A stretch of DNA of 64,000 bases from a virus. This document shows positions 9,446 through 19,362 of the stretch, piece by piece (position 1 is the first letter of the stretch; each line of letters begins with the position of its first letter). The position numbers and the translations under genes are program-made. The notes below the pieces were generated by a model that was not told the DNA's origin, ran no database searches, and saw only the letters and a list, made by a program, of their open reading frames with translations. The stretch covers positions 117,146 to 181,145 of IMG/VR virus record IMGVR_UViG_3300005805_009577. One strand, 5' to 3'.

Positions 9446-10149
9446 TCACAGACACCAGAACTAAAAATCAAGATCTTCCAGATTATTTTTATTTAAAAAT
9501 AATATTAGACTTTGAGACTTTAAGAAAAGAAGTAATAAAGTGTAAATTTAAAGGCAACAAAGAGTATAAAAGAAAAAGAAAAAATTATTGGCCCAGCCAT
9601 CCAGAAAAAATATACAAGAATAAAGAATGGAAAGGTTGGTGCCATTTTTTAGGCAAAGAAGAACGTAAAAAATGGCCAAATTTTGAAAGCTTGAGAAAAG
9701 AAGTAAAATTAAAATTTAAAAATAAAAGAGATTATTTAAAAAACAGAAAAAAGAATTGGCCAGGATGTCCGCAAATTGTTTACAAACAATGGAAAGGCTG
9801 GGAATATTTTCTAGGATATCATAAATTGAGTTTTGAAGAATGCAGAAAAGAAGTAATAAAGTGTAAATTTAAAGGAAACAAAGAGTATAAAAGAAAAAGA
9901 AAGAAAAACTGGGCGGGTAATCCAGAGGTATTTTATGCTAAAGAATGGAAAGGTTGGTGCCATTTTTTAGGCAAAGAAGAACGTTTTAAACAATGGCCAG
10001 ATTTTGAAAGCTTGAGAAAAGAAGTAATAAAACTTAAACTTAAAAGTATAGAACAATACAAAGAAAAAAGAAAAAAGAATTGGCCTTATTGTCCGAACAG
10101 AACTTATAAAAAAAGCTGGAAAGGCTGGGAAGATTTTTTAGGCAAATAA
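9442..10149 (+). CDS. protein made of four integrase-repeat-unit-like repeats
   Basis: Four ~52-aa units F-E-x-LRKEV...Y...RKKNW(P/A)..P..(I/F)Y..WKGW..FLG; repeats also visible in the DNA. Confidence 0.75.
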   Translation: MITDTRTKNQDLPDYFYLKIILDFETLRKEVIKCKFKGNKEYKRKRKNYWPSHPEKIYKNKEWKGWCHFLGKEERKKWPNFESLRKEVKLKFKNKRDYLKNRKKNWPGCPQIVYKQWKGWEYFLGYHKLSFEECRKEVIKCKFKGNKEYKRKRKKNWAGNPEVFYAKEWKGWCHFLGKEERFKQWPDFESLRKEVIKLKLKSIEQYKEKRKKNWPYCPNRTYKKSWKGWEDFLGK

Positions 10150-10151
10150 TC

Positions 10152-10349
10152 ATGAATAACAAAGATTTTTTAAAAAGCTTTTCAGAATCATGTGAATTTT
10201 GTAATGAAAAAATAAAATATGTAAATAAAACTAAGTTTGTATGCAAACTTAATAAAGATTTTATATTAGATTTTAAACATGAAAGTGAATGCAAAAGACC
10301 ATTTTACGGCACTTGTCTTTATAAGCCGCCGCCTATTTTTTCTAAATAG
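10152..10349 (+). CDS. small Cys-rich hypothetical protein
   Basis: 65 aa, CEFC plus three further Cys. Confidence 0.5.
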   Translation: MNNKDFLKSFSESCEFCNEKIKYVNKTKFVCKLNKDFILDFKHESECKRPFYGTCLYKPPPIFSK

Positions 10350-10375
10350 TCGGCAAATAAAAACGTAACAGTTTT

Positions 10376-10391
10376 TATAAATAACCTTATG
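10376..10391 (+). promoter_or_regulatory. possible T4-type late promoter TATAAATA immediately before start codon
   Basis: TATAAATAACCTTATG, repeated exactly at 31988-32003. TATAAATA alone is common by chance in AT-rich DNA. Confidence 0.4.
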
Positions 10392-10625
10392 CCGCTTAAC
10401 TTTTACGAATTATACCACTTACTAAATGAAAATACAGTAAGCCAAGAGCTTAAAAGCTTAAAAAAGAACTTCCCAAGGCTAAGCGGAGATATAATAGAAG
10501 CTAAAAAAGAAATGGCAAATGATCCAAACATAGTAAAAAACGTTAATGGAAATAAAATTAATGACCTTGCAAACTATGTAATAAGCCAAAGATTAGAAAG
10601 ACAACATCTCGACCAGAATAATTAG
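10389..10625 (+). CDS. hypothetical protein sharing N-terminal 15 aa with ORF 7269
   Basis: MPLNFYELYHLLNEN versus MPLNFYELYNLLNEN. Confidence 0.6.
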   Translation: MPLNFYELYHLLNENTVSQELKSLKKNFPRLSGDIIEAKKEMANDPNIVKNVNGNKINDLANYVISQRLERQHLDQNN

Positions 10626-10727
10626 TTATAACAAGACAAACATGTTTCTTCGTGCTTATATTTGTTTTTGCACTTATATTTGTTATAATAAACTGCTGAA
10701 TAACAAAACATTAAAAAGGATCTAAAA

Positions 10728-13066
10728 ATGGGATGGGAATATAGAATAAGCAAAGAAATTAGAACTCACAAATATCTTCATTATGATCCCAAGATAGTTT
10801 ACGGCATCAGGCAGGTACACGTTAATGAAAACGGAGAAGTTGACTATAACAAAGCAAATCCGCTTTTTATTGCTGAAACATTAGAAGAATTAAAAGACAA
10901 TATTCAGGAAATGATGAATTGTTTTGATAAACCAATTTTCGACGAATACGAAGAAAAAGAATAAACCGGCTTACTAAAAATATAATTTAAAAGTCAATAG
11001 TGGTAAGTAAAGGTCTTGATAGAGACATACTTTATAAAAGTTTAAAGAATTGTCTTTATAAAGAAGAAAATAATAACATATGAATAAGATTTTAGAAGAT
11101 TTTGTAGAGCCTAAAAAGATTCTTGGCAAAGATTTAAGACAGGGATATTACTTTTACTGTGCGTTTCCAAAAAAATACGGTGAGCCTAATATGGGTTATA
11201 TAGAAATAATTAAAATCGAGTCTTGGGGAAAAGATCAAAAAATGCTATGGTTCAATGAATTAAAACCGTCTCCTATGATTGTTAATGATTATGACTATTA
11301 TTCTGTGAAATTATATGATATGCCTTGATAGCGGCCAATTAGCAGTATTTGAAAAAAATTCTGTCACTGACTATAATATTGTCAAGGAAACATAGCCAGA
11401 ATGAAGGTATTTGTTAAATGGCGAGATAAAGATACTGTTCACGAAGAAATTACAGAATTAATTTACGAAGATCAGGTTTATATTAAAGGCACAGATATAT
11501 CTTTTCCAATCGAAACGCTAGGCGATGATAAAATCATATTTGAAGATGAATATGGAATATGGGGAGTAGACAAAAAAGACATTGTTGAGATTAAAAAGGT
11601 TTAAAAAATGACTAAATTTATATTAATAGTTGAAGATGAAGACAAAAAAACAAGATATTTTGGCCCATTTGATGACGGCGAAAAAGCATTAGATTGGGGA
11701 GAAAAACATTTCGATAGCGAAAATTACTTTTTAATGAGCACTACTCTTTACTATCCAACCGATAAGGAAAAGAATTGAAAAATATATTTGCACACTAATA
11801 CTAGTATTTTAGATATATGTCTTAGAAGTTATACGGTGAAAAACAGTGATCAAGCAGGAATTTCTAAATTTACTAGAAGATTTAGTCATACAGTATGATA
11901 GAGCAAATGGTTCTTACGCAGAAAATGAATTTGAAGGACTTTGTTTTTATGAGTTTGTTTGTAAAAAATTAGAGATAAACCATAAAATAGAAGATATTGT
12001 TTCTTCAAATGAAGATGTTTATGGAAAATATAGAAAAAATCTTGAACGAGGTTGGTAAAAAGAGATAAAACAATGAGTAAAGCTAAAAATAAATTTAATT
12101 GTGATGTTAATGGCAGTATTATGGTTACCGCAGCATTACGATATGCTCTTGGACGAAATACTTATGTCCCCGGGGCAGTTATAGATTGGATAAACGCACA
12201 TTGGGAAAATCTGGACGGTAATACTAAAACTGTAATTGTGCGTGATGTTTTTGAATATCTTTATAAGGATTATTGTTTTAGAAACGATGCAAAGTTTACG
12301 GACGTTGCGGGAGATTACGACCTTAAAAATTGGGAAAAGTTTGGTATCGAAAATTATTGGAAACTAGAGTACAATGAACGTAAAGATGTTGATCAACAAA
12401 TCAACAGCAACAAAGAACGATCAGTTTGGTTCGTTGAAAAATTATACGGAACACAACCAATATGAAAACGCAAAATGCTTTTACCAATGGTTTAGAACTA
12501 CCCAGAATATCAGTGATGAGTTTAAAGCCAGAAGATGTGCTAGTATTTTCTACTGTTGATAAACTAAGTGCTGAAGTTTATCACAGAGTTGAACAAAAAA
12601 TTATAGATTGGAAAAAAGATTGTAATATAAGCAACAAACATTTACTATTAACATCAGCAATAGAATTAAAGGTATTAAGACCAGAAGAAACGGAAAAAAT
12701 GACACCTAATGAGAATCAAATTTTATGAATACCAACGACAAAATATTTGATAGTTACGATGAAGCTCATAAGTATAGTTTAACCGTACCTTGGAAACTTG
12801 AAACTTGCAATACTGGAGAAACTTGTTGGTGCAGAATAATTCTTCCAACAGAAACTATTAAATATAAAAGAATAAGAGATCTTGATAAGACAGAAGTAAT
12901 AGACGAATTAGAATGGATAATTCCAGATGGTAGTATAGACAAAGAAACAGCTGAATATTTCTTAGAATTACATCATGATTCGATTAATAAAAAGAAATAT
13001 ATTCATAATAATATGGAAAAGTTAGGACAAATAAACAGTCTTAAAGAACTTGATGGAAACCAGTAA
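10728..13066 (+). other. run of small hypothetical ORFs (10728..10964, 11080..11328, 11401..11604, 11846..12058, 12052..12465, 12462..12728, 12725..13066)
   Basis: Co-directional, several with overlapping start/stop codons; no recognisable motifs. Confidence 0.55.
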
Positions 13067-13513
13067 TGAAATCAGTAATGAAAAAAACTATTATTAAAAT
13101 TAAAACTTATAATCAAGAATCTAAAGAAAAAAGCTGGGTATTGACATATACACAGCAAGCAAAATTAAAAGGAAAATGGATAAAGACATACACAGAAGAA
13201 GCTAGAAAAGAAAGTTTTGTGGGTTGTTGACCCAATAAGGGGTGTATTAAGAAGATATTTGTGGGAAATGTGCCCAAAACGGTGTTTTTATAATGTACAT
13301 AAAAAACCATTATAAAACAAGTATTTAAGAGTTTTGATTAAAATGGGATTAAAAGGTAATTTAAAGTTGGCCTCGCCCCATCTTAATATAGCGTCTATTA
13401 TTTCCGCGTATACGCTCTGAATTCACATTTATTAGTCTTTTCACATTATTTTAGTGCCTTATATCCCCTTATTAAATAAGGGTCTAGGAACGCATTTAAA
13501 ACAATACTCGATA

Positions 13514-13690
13514 TTACTTCTTAGCGGCTAATTTACGCTTTAATTCTGCGTTTTCATTTTGTAATACTTGAAGGCGATTAGTCAGATCATTGATTCCGTG
13601 TATTATACGGATGATTTGAGCAGCTTTATCATTTTCATATGTATTAGTGGCTAATCTTCGTAATTCGCTTAAGTCTTCTTGATTTATCAT
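13514..13690 (-). CDS. small coiled-coil hypothetical protein (58 aa)
   Basis: Manual translation MINQEDLSELRRLATN...NENAELKRKLAAKK; below the ORF-track cutoff. Confidence 0.5.
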   Translation of the reverse strand: MINQEDLSELRRLATNTYENDKAAQIIRIIHGINDLTNRLQVLQNENAELKRKLAAKK

Positions 13691-13737
13691 AAAATAATAT
13701 AGTATAAATATATTTTTATATATACTAAATTATTTTT

Positions 13738-13962
13738 ATGCAAGAAAAAGAATATTTAGAAAAATGCTTTGAAGTCTTAAATAGTTTTAATGTCAGATAC
13801 GATGCAGACACTATAAATCTAAACAGTGGGGATTATGGATGTATTCTAAATCCTAATTTTAAATATTATGATCTTTTTGGAGGAGAAAGCATATATTCTA
13901 TTGCAGAGTACGTAGCAAAAAAAACAAATAAAAAAATAATAATGGAGAATGAAAACTACTAA
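13738..13962 (+). CDS. hypothetical protein
   Basis: 74 aa, TATAAATA at 13703 upstream, coupled to the methyltransferase. Confidence 0.55.
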   Translation: MQEKEYLEKCFEVLNSFNVRYDADTINLNSGDYGCILNPNFKYYDLFGGESIYSIAEYVAKKTNKKIIMENENY

Positions 13963-14531
13963 TGGAACATATTTGCCACAAAATACAAGGATATTTTAAT
14001 TATCCTGATTTATACACAAAAATAGCCCAAGAATTACCAGACGGATTTAAATTTGCCGAAATAGGAGTGTGGAAAGGATGTAGTTTAAGTTATTTTGTGG
14101 TAGAAGCAATTAATGCTGGTAAAAACTTTACAGCATATGCTATAGACACATTTGAAGGTAGTATAGAGCATCAAAAAGGACAATGGTGCCACGACCCTAT
14201 AGTAAATACTAAAGATGGATTATACAATCATTTTTTAAGTAATATTGAACCAATAAAAGATAAAATAAAAGTATTACGAGGTAAAAGCACAGATGTAGCC
14301 TTAAGTTTCCCAGATGAATACTTAGACACTTTATTCATAGATGGTGCTCATGATTATGACAGTGTATTAGCAGATTTAAAAGCATATTATCCTAAAGTTA
14401 AACGTGGATCTCCGATATATGGCCATGATCTTGATTGGGCAAGTGTAAGACAAGCAGTAATTGATTTCCGCAAAGAAAAAAATCTAACGCTAACTCCAGT
14501 TAGTCGCAGCAGTTGGAAATTAAGTAATTAA
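13962..14531 (+). CDS. class I SAM-dependent methyltransferase (Methyltransf_24-like)
   Basis: EIGVWKGCS, IDTFEGS, FIDGAHDYDSVLADL, GHD motifs. Confidence 0.85.
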   Translation: MEHICHKIQGYFNYPDLYTKIAQELPDGFKFAEIGVWKGCSLSYFVVEAINAGKNFTAYAIDTFEGSIEHQKGQWCHDPIVNTKDGLYNHFLSNIEPIKDKIKVLRGKSTDVALSFPDEYLDTLFIDGAHDYDSVLADLKAYYPKVKRGSPIYGHDLDWASVRQAVIDFRKEKNLTLTPVSRSSWKLSN

Positions 14532-14640
14532 AACATTATTTAATTATTAACCTTAAAAGGTGTTTTTGGGGTACGTCTTAGCGTTGTAAGCCGACACTGG
14601 TTCGGTAAAAGACTGGAATGATAAATTTAGAGGTGATAAT

Positions 14641-14871
14641 ATGGCTAAGGTTGACGCTGCTTCGTTTGTGGATGCGTGGGTTAAGATTTATGAGCAGGGT
14701 GGCTCGCAGAGTGATGTTGCTCGTGAAATTGGCACTTCGGCTGCTAACGTGTCGAATCGTGCTAAGAAGTTGCGTGATGCGGGAGTTGATCTTCCCGAAC
14801 TGACGATTACGCGTGGTGTTAAGCTTGACGTTGAGTCGCTTAACGCTCGGCTGAAGGCTCGGATTGGTTGA
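14641..14871 (+). CDS. HTH DNA-binding protein, paralog 1
   Basis: GGSQSDVAREIGTSAANVSNRAKKLRDAGVDLP helix-turn-helix pattern; GAGGTG RBS. Confidence 0.85.
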   Translation: MAKVDAASFVDAWVKIYEQGGSQSDVAREIGTSAANVSNRAKKLRDAGVDLPELTITRGVKLDVESLNARLKARIG

Positions 14872-14890
14872 AATTAATCAAAGGGAATAA

Positions 14891-14929
14891 TTAGTCCCCG
14901 GGTTTTCCGCAAGGAGAACCTGGGGCTAA
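14891..14929 (+). terminator. GCAA-loop hairpin after HTH paralog 1
   Basis: Long stem whose mismatches are G-U pairs on the + transcript plus one bulge; only a short T-run follows. Confidence 0.6.
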
Positions 14930-15021
14930 CCCTTTATTTATTGCTAAAATATAAAGACCTTCTCTGGGTACGGCAGTCTGTTGTCAGGGACGGTAATAAC
15001 AAACATATAAGAGAACCTACT

Positions 15022-15123
15022 ATGGCTATTATGTTTAGTTGGATGCTTTTGATTGCTATTATGGCTACCGTGTTCGGTGCGGTTGATTTTGCCTTTAGCG
15101 TAATCGACCGATACTTATCCTAA
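15022..15123 (+). CDS. 33-aa hydrophobic micro-peptide
   Basis: MAIMFSWMLLIAIMATVFGAVDFAFSVIDRYLS after motif 14965; one TM-length hydrophobic stretch. Confidence 0.55.
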   Translation: MAIMFSWMLLIAIMATVFGAVDFAFSVIDRYLS

Positions 15124-15281
15124 TCTTTATCAGTTTCTTTTACTGATAATAGTTTTTGGAGTTTTTCGTATAGTTGGCCTACAGCACTCATGTCGCTTGC
15201 TTTAAAACATCCGCGTTGTGAAGCAGCGTCAATAATAGCAATAATGTTTCCAATGTCCTGATCGTTTAGTTGATTTTCCAT
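15120..15281 (-). CDS. small hypothetical protein (53 aa)
   Basis: MENQLNDQDIGNIIAIIDAASQRGCFKASDMSAVGQLYEKLQKLL...; convergent with the micro-peptide. Confidence 0.55.
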   Translation of the reverse strand: MENQLNDQDIGNIIAIIDAASQRGCFKASDMSAVGQLYEKLQKLLSVKETDKD

Positions 15282-15303
15282 AAAATAATATAGTTAAAAA
15301 TTT

Positions 15304-15374
15304 CCTAGGTGGAAACCGGTAGGCAAGTCACTCTTATAAGGTGACGACGCAAGGTTCGACTCCTTGACCTAGGA
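15304..15374 (+). tRNA. tRNA-Ile(TAT)-like, atypical D-arm
   Basis: Acceptor CCTAGGT/ACCTAGG, anticodon arm TCACT-CTTATAA-GGTGA, T-arm CAAGG-TTCGACT-CCTTG; D-arm pairs poorly. Confidence 0.55.
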
Positions 15375-15387
15375 CTTAATATTTAGC

Positions 15388-15585
15388 ATGGATACAGCCG
15401 CATATAAACAACTCTACGATCTTTATGTTGTTGCTAAGTCTGAAACAAATAATTTAGACTATATCAACGAACTGATTGACCAAATTTTATTTTTTGGAAC
15501 TGAGACAAACAAGTTGACCAAAACCCATGTTCAAGAACGACTTAAAGATGTGCTTGAATCTATTGAACGATCGCTGCTAAAATAG
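15388..15585 (+). CDS. hypothetical protein
   Basis: 65-aa ORF between two tRNAs. Confidence 0.55.
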   Translation: MDTAAYKQLYDLYVVAKSETNNLDYINELIDQILFFGTETNKLTKTHVQERLKDVLESIERSLLK

Positions 15586-15593
15586 TTTAATAT

Positions 15594-15666
15594 GGGAGTA
15601 TAGTCCAACGGCAGAGACAAAGGACTTAAAATCCTTCAAGTTCAGGTTCGAATCCTGATACTCCTA
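15594..15666 (+). tRNA. tRNA-Leu(TAA), short variable loop
   Basis: Anticodon arm AAGGA-CTTAAAA-TCCTT, GGTTCGAATCC, acceptor GGGAGTA/TACTCCT. Confidence 0.88.
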
Positions 15667-15889
15667 CTTATGCTAGTTCATTTAGAAAACGGTAAAACTT
15701 ATAAAATAGTAGAATCTTGGATTAAAGAAAAGAAAATCTACTATCCTGCCGACATATTAGGTATGAATCTGCCCGAACCAAAACCCAGGTTCAAATTAAC
15801 GCCTAAAGGAATTAAAATAAAAGAATAAGACTCTTGAATCATAAATTTTTTTCTGATATAATATTTTCAATTATAGGAGAAAAAAGTTT

Positions 15890-16120
15890 ATGATGATTAC
15901 GTTTAATCCTGGTAAAAATGAATTATTTACCATGGAGTTTAATCGAAGAGAAGATTGGAATCAATATGTAGAAAGTTTTAATAAAGTTGGTGAGTTGCAG
16001 CCTCTCAACCATCCAGATCGTTTTCCTTGTGTTATGATTTACGATAATAATATTCTTCCGATAGATGCAGAACATAATAAGTACTATAACTTTTTCTTGT
16101 ATTATTATGCGAATGCTTAA
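15890..16120 (+). CDS. hypothetical protein
   Basis: 76 aa, AGGAG RBS. Confidence 0.6.
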   Translation: MMITFNPGKNELFTMEFNRREDWNQYVESFNKVGELQPLNHPDRFPCVMIYDNNILPIDAEHNKYYNFFLYYYANA

Positions 16121-16159
16121 GTTGAGTCCGAACGACAGGTTGGTAATACTTTTAATATT

Positions 16160-16474
16160 GTGGAATATTTACTTCTTAATAGCATTAAAATGAACAGCAT
16201 TGATGAACTTGTATCAAAGGTTCGTGAAGAAATCACCAACCGAGATATTAAAATCTCTCAGCTTAATAATACCATTGAAAATATGTATAAGGCTTTGGCC
16301 AAGATTAAAATAGATCTTGATCGAAGTCTACGAGGTAAAAAGGATGTATTAAACAATGCAATAGCAGCAGTTGAACTTGCTAGAAGCGTTACACCTTATC
16401 ATAATTATTCAACAGGTCAAAATACTATTGACCAACCATATTCAGAAGAAGAAAAGAGTAAGATTTTAGAATAA
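16160..16474 (+). CDS. coiled-coil hypothetical protein
   Basis: 104-aa ORF; true start may be ATG 16190. Confidence 0.55.
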   Translation: MEYLLLNSIKMNSIDELVSKVREEITNRDIKISQLNNTIENMYKALAKIKIDLDRSLRGKKDVLNNAIAAVELARSVTPYHNYSTGQNTIDQPYSEEEKSKILE

Positions 16475-16550
16475 TAAAATTAGCAGCCCCTTTTCGGGGT
16501 ACGGTCTGATAACGGCCCGATAACAACCATCCCTTTCCGCGAGGATACTT

Positions 16551-16751
16551 ATGTTTAATTTTGAAGGTAAGGATTACGAGTTGATCGACGGCAACATTGT
16601 TGACAGCCGTACTTATCTTTTGGTTTGCAACGAAGTTGCTACCAAGATTTGTGAAACTTTCGGCGTTACGATGAAGCAAGAGCAAACTTCGCGGGAAAAC
16701 ATCGACGTTGCTTTTCTGAACAGTCGGATTAAGAACAAGATTGGTGCTTAA
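16551..16751 (+). CDS. hypothetical protein of the GGGGTACG regulon
   Basis: 66 aa, GAGGA RBS, motif at 16496. Confidence 0.7.
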   Translation: MFNFEGKDYELIDGNIVDSRTYLLVCNEVATKICETFGVTMKQEQTSRENIDVAFLNSRIKNKIGA

Positions 16752-16753
16752 TC

Positions 16754-17827
16754 ATGGATAACAAGTTCACACTATCATCTGAAAAACTTGAATCACGACG
16801 GCTGTGTAGTGTAACTAGAGACTTGCTTTATGTTCGGGTGCGGTTTAGCGATCAGGCTAACGCACCTGAAACTATAGAGACAAGCAACTTTATTGTGAAC
16901 AAAACGGCAACTGCTATTCGAGATTTTAGTGGAGGACAAGTTAATCTTTCCACTACTATACGAGATGTAACATTGCCGTATAGGGCAAGTTATTATGGCA
17001 CTAATACTTACACAATTTCTAATCACGCTCAAAATATACTTCGTCAATCTGGACTGAACCTGAATAATTACGAACATAGTAATTTCAGGTACAACAGTCG
17101 TGCAGGATTTTTTGTAGGTTTAGGAGAAGTAGGCGGTAAGATTACTTGGACTAAAGACTCTGATCCGGGTACGCTTATTCATGAAATTGGACATAATTTA
17201 GGATTGCGTCATAGCAGTTTTGTTAATCCAAATAATAATGCTCATCCTTTTGGGCCAGGACGAACTTTTGAATATGGCGATGTATTTTCCAATATGGGTA
17301 ATGCTCGTTATACCGATTGGAACGCAACTCAAAAGTGGGCTTTAGGTTACATTTCAAACAACAGTGTTAGAGCTGTAAATGCTAATAGTTTTAATATCGT
17401 TGTTAGCTCTCATGACAATGCAGCGTTTTACAATAAAAGCGAAGTATATCTAGTTAATATTCCTATTGGTGGTAACAATTCAATATATGCAAGTTACAGG
17501 CGTGATGCCGGCGGTGTTGTGATTCATGTTGGCAATAGTTTTAGGCCAACCGGCGATACTTTAATTGACGGCAATCCGCAAACTGAATTGAGTACAGACG
17601 CTGCTCTTAAACTTGGACAGTCAATTACCAATTTTAGAAGGCCGGGAGTTAGCGACGATATTAGAATTACTGTAACGAGCATTGTGGGCAATCGTGCAAC
17701 CATTAATGTGAACTTCGGTGCAGTCGTACCTAAAATAGCTCATAATGCAAACTTGATTGCTGCATTTGCAAGCATGGCAAACGAACCTGTAGAAAGATGC
17801 AAAATCAGATACCCTGTTAGGTTGTAG
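16754..17827 (+). CDS. zinc metalloprotease, gametolysin/M11-like, with planctomycete-type N-terminal motif
   Basis: HEIGHNLGLRH (HExxHxxGxxH), downstream EYGD...MG; N-terminal EKLESRRL. Confidence 0.8.
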   Translation: MDNKFTLSSEKLESRRLCSVTRDLLYVRVRFSDQANAPETIETSNFIVNKTATAIRDFSGGQVNLSTTIRDVTLPYRASYYGTNTYTISNHAQNILRQSGLNLNNYEHSNFRYNSRAGFFVGLGEVGGKITWTKDSDPGTLIHEIGHNLGLRHSSFVNPNNNAHPFGPGRTFEYGDVFSNMGNARYTDWNATQKWALGYISNNSVRAVNANSFNIVVSSHDNAAFYNKSEVYLVNIPIGGNNSIYASYRRDAGGVVIHVGNSFRPTGDTLIDGNPQTELSTDAALKLGQSITNFRRPGVSDDIRITVTSIVGNRATINVNFGAVVPKIAHNANLIAAFASMANEPVERCKIRYPVRL

Positions 17828-17917
17828 GTTTAAAACTTAAATAAAATTTCAAGAAAACTTAAAGCCCCTTTTCGGGGTACGCTCTTGAAATGTCGGAGAG
17901 TTTACAGGGAGATAACA

Positions 17918-18433
17918 ATGCAACGTAGAAACTTTATCAAAGGCTTACTTGCAAGTACAGTTGCAGGAACTTTTCCAGCAACGGCAGATGCAAGTGATAA
18001 CGTTCAACTTAATCAAAGAATTGTAAATATTGCCCGTGGTGCGATTGGCAAGCCCGGTGGCAATCGTTACAATAGTTGGCTTTTTGGTTATAATGTTATG
18101 ATGGCTGCTGGTGGTCGTGGGCCTTATCATGGCCCGCAAAACCAATATGCTTGGGGTAGACCAATAGGTTGGAATGAACTTGGCCCGGGCGATTATATTC
18201 AAATTGAATCGCCAACTGTTTTTAAAACCCCTCCGCCTAATTGTCGTGCATATTGGGGTTGTAGTGGACGTTGCACTTGGATTGTTTTAAACAGACAAAA
18301 TGGTCGAGCACCTGGAAGCGTACTTAACATAGCGTATATGTATCGTGTGAACAGGGTGCAGGCTGCTAGGATTGACGTTTGGGATAGAACTTGTGGAAAC
18401 CAAATATATCTTTACAGACCACAATTACGGTAA
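17918..18433 (+). CDS. Tat-signal secreted hypothetical protein
   Basis: MQRRNFIKGLLASTVAG...ADA twin-arginine signal; GGAGA RBS; motif at 17874. Confidence 0.7.
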   Translation: MQRRNFIKGLLASTVAGTFPATADASDNVQLNQRIVNIARGAIGKPGGNRYNSWLFGYNVMMAAGGRGPYHGPQNQYAWGRPIGWNELGPGDYIQIESPTVFKTPPPNCRAYWGCSGRCTWIVLNRQNGRAPGSVLNIAYMYRVNRVQAARIDVWDRTCGNQIYLYRPQLR

Positions 18434-18473
18434 TTTTTAAATAATTTTAATAAATAGTTCAAGGAGGATATTA

Positions 18474-18704
18474 ATGAGCGACCGTGATAGTGACAACCAA
18501 GAAAAAGAAAAGAAAAAAGTAAAGTTTAACAGCCGCTTTGCTCGTGCTGTTTTGTTCTATGTTGAGAATGAATATGAAATCGTAATTGAAGAAAAGAGCA
18601 TTGAAATACAAAGAGCAGCGTTAAAGCTGCTTAAAGAACTAAAGGCAGGCGGAAATAACGTTCCTAACACGGCACATGTGATTGCTTATAATATTCCCTT
18701 GTAA
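18474..18704 (+). CDS. hypothetical protein
   Basis: 76 aa, AGGAGG RBS. Confidence 0.65.
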   Translation: MSDRDSDNQEKEKKKVKFNSRFARAVLFYVENEYEIVIEEKSIEIQRAALKLLKELKAGGNNVPNTAHVIAYNIPL

Positions 18705-18914
18705 TTACCAATGATGAATTATATTGGCTATTACAAATCCGCAAGTTATAAAATTAACTAGAACTATTATGAATCTGATACCTAGACTTATCAAAGCCAT
18801 TTCTACGCTTAAAATAGGAATATCAGGTGTATCACTATCATTAGTTCCTATTCTATAATCTATTGTTCTGGCTAATAATAATACAAATTTACTAGATACT
18901 AATTTTCTTAACAT
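18705..18914 (-). CDS. small membrane hypothetical protein
   Basis: 69 aa, GGAGGA RBS upstream on - strand, hydrophobic C-terminus. Confidence 0.55.
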   Translation of the reverse strand: MLRKLVSSKFVLLLARTIDYRIGTNDSDTPDIPILSVEMALISLGIRFIIVLVNFITCGFVIANIIHHW

Positions 18915-19033
18915 AAATCCTCCTTGAATATTAGCTTCCTAATAGTATTTATAAAAAAGAAATAATAAAATTCAATCATCCTTTTCGGGGTACGGCTCTA
19001 GGATACTAGCCGGTAAAACCTGAGAGAAAAAAA

Positions 19034-19282
19034 ATGAACACTATTTATCCAAAAGGTGCATGGAACGTACGGATTAAGGCAAACATTGAAACTTTTCTTG
19101 ATGCCTATTTGACGGTACTTAACAACGGTGGTAATTACGGCGATGTTGCTCGAATTATCGGCTGTGAAATCATTGATGTTCAATTTGCAGAAGTGCGAAT
19201 CCGTGCAAGCGGAGTTAAACTTCCTAGGCTGAATTTTACTGAGGAAAATGATGATCGAGTTGTTATGCTGATGCAGTCATAA
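19034..19282 (+). CDS. HTH paralog, divergent (A)
   Basis: TFLDAY...NGGNYGDVARIIGC...SGVKLPRL aligns with the family; motif at 18987. Confidence 0.7.
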   Translation: MNTIYPKGAWNVRIKANIETFLDAYLTVLNNGGNYGDVARIIGCEIIDVQFAEVRIRASGVKLPRLNFTEENDDRVVMLMQS

Positions 19283-19320
19283 AAATAAATAAAAGACTAT
19301 CACATTATATACCGATTATC

Positions 19321-19356
19321 AAATACACCCGGTCTTTCGACCGGGTGTATTTTTTT
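19321..19356 (+). terminator. rho-independent terminator
   Basis: Perfect 14-bp stem, TTTC loop, T-run after; stem ends 24 nt before motif 19376. Confidence 0.8.
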
Positions 19357-19362
19357 GTTTAT

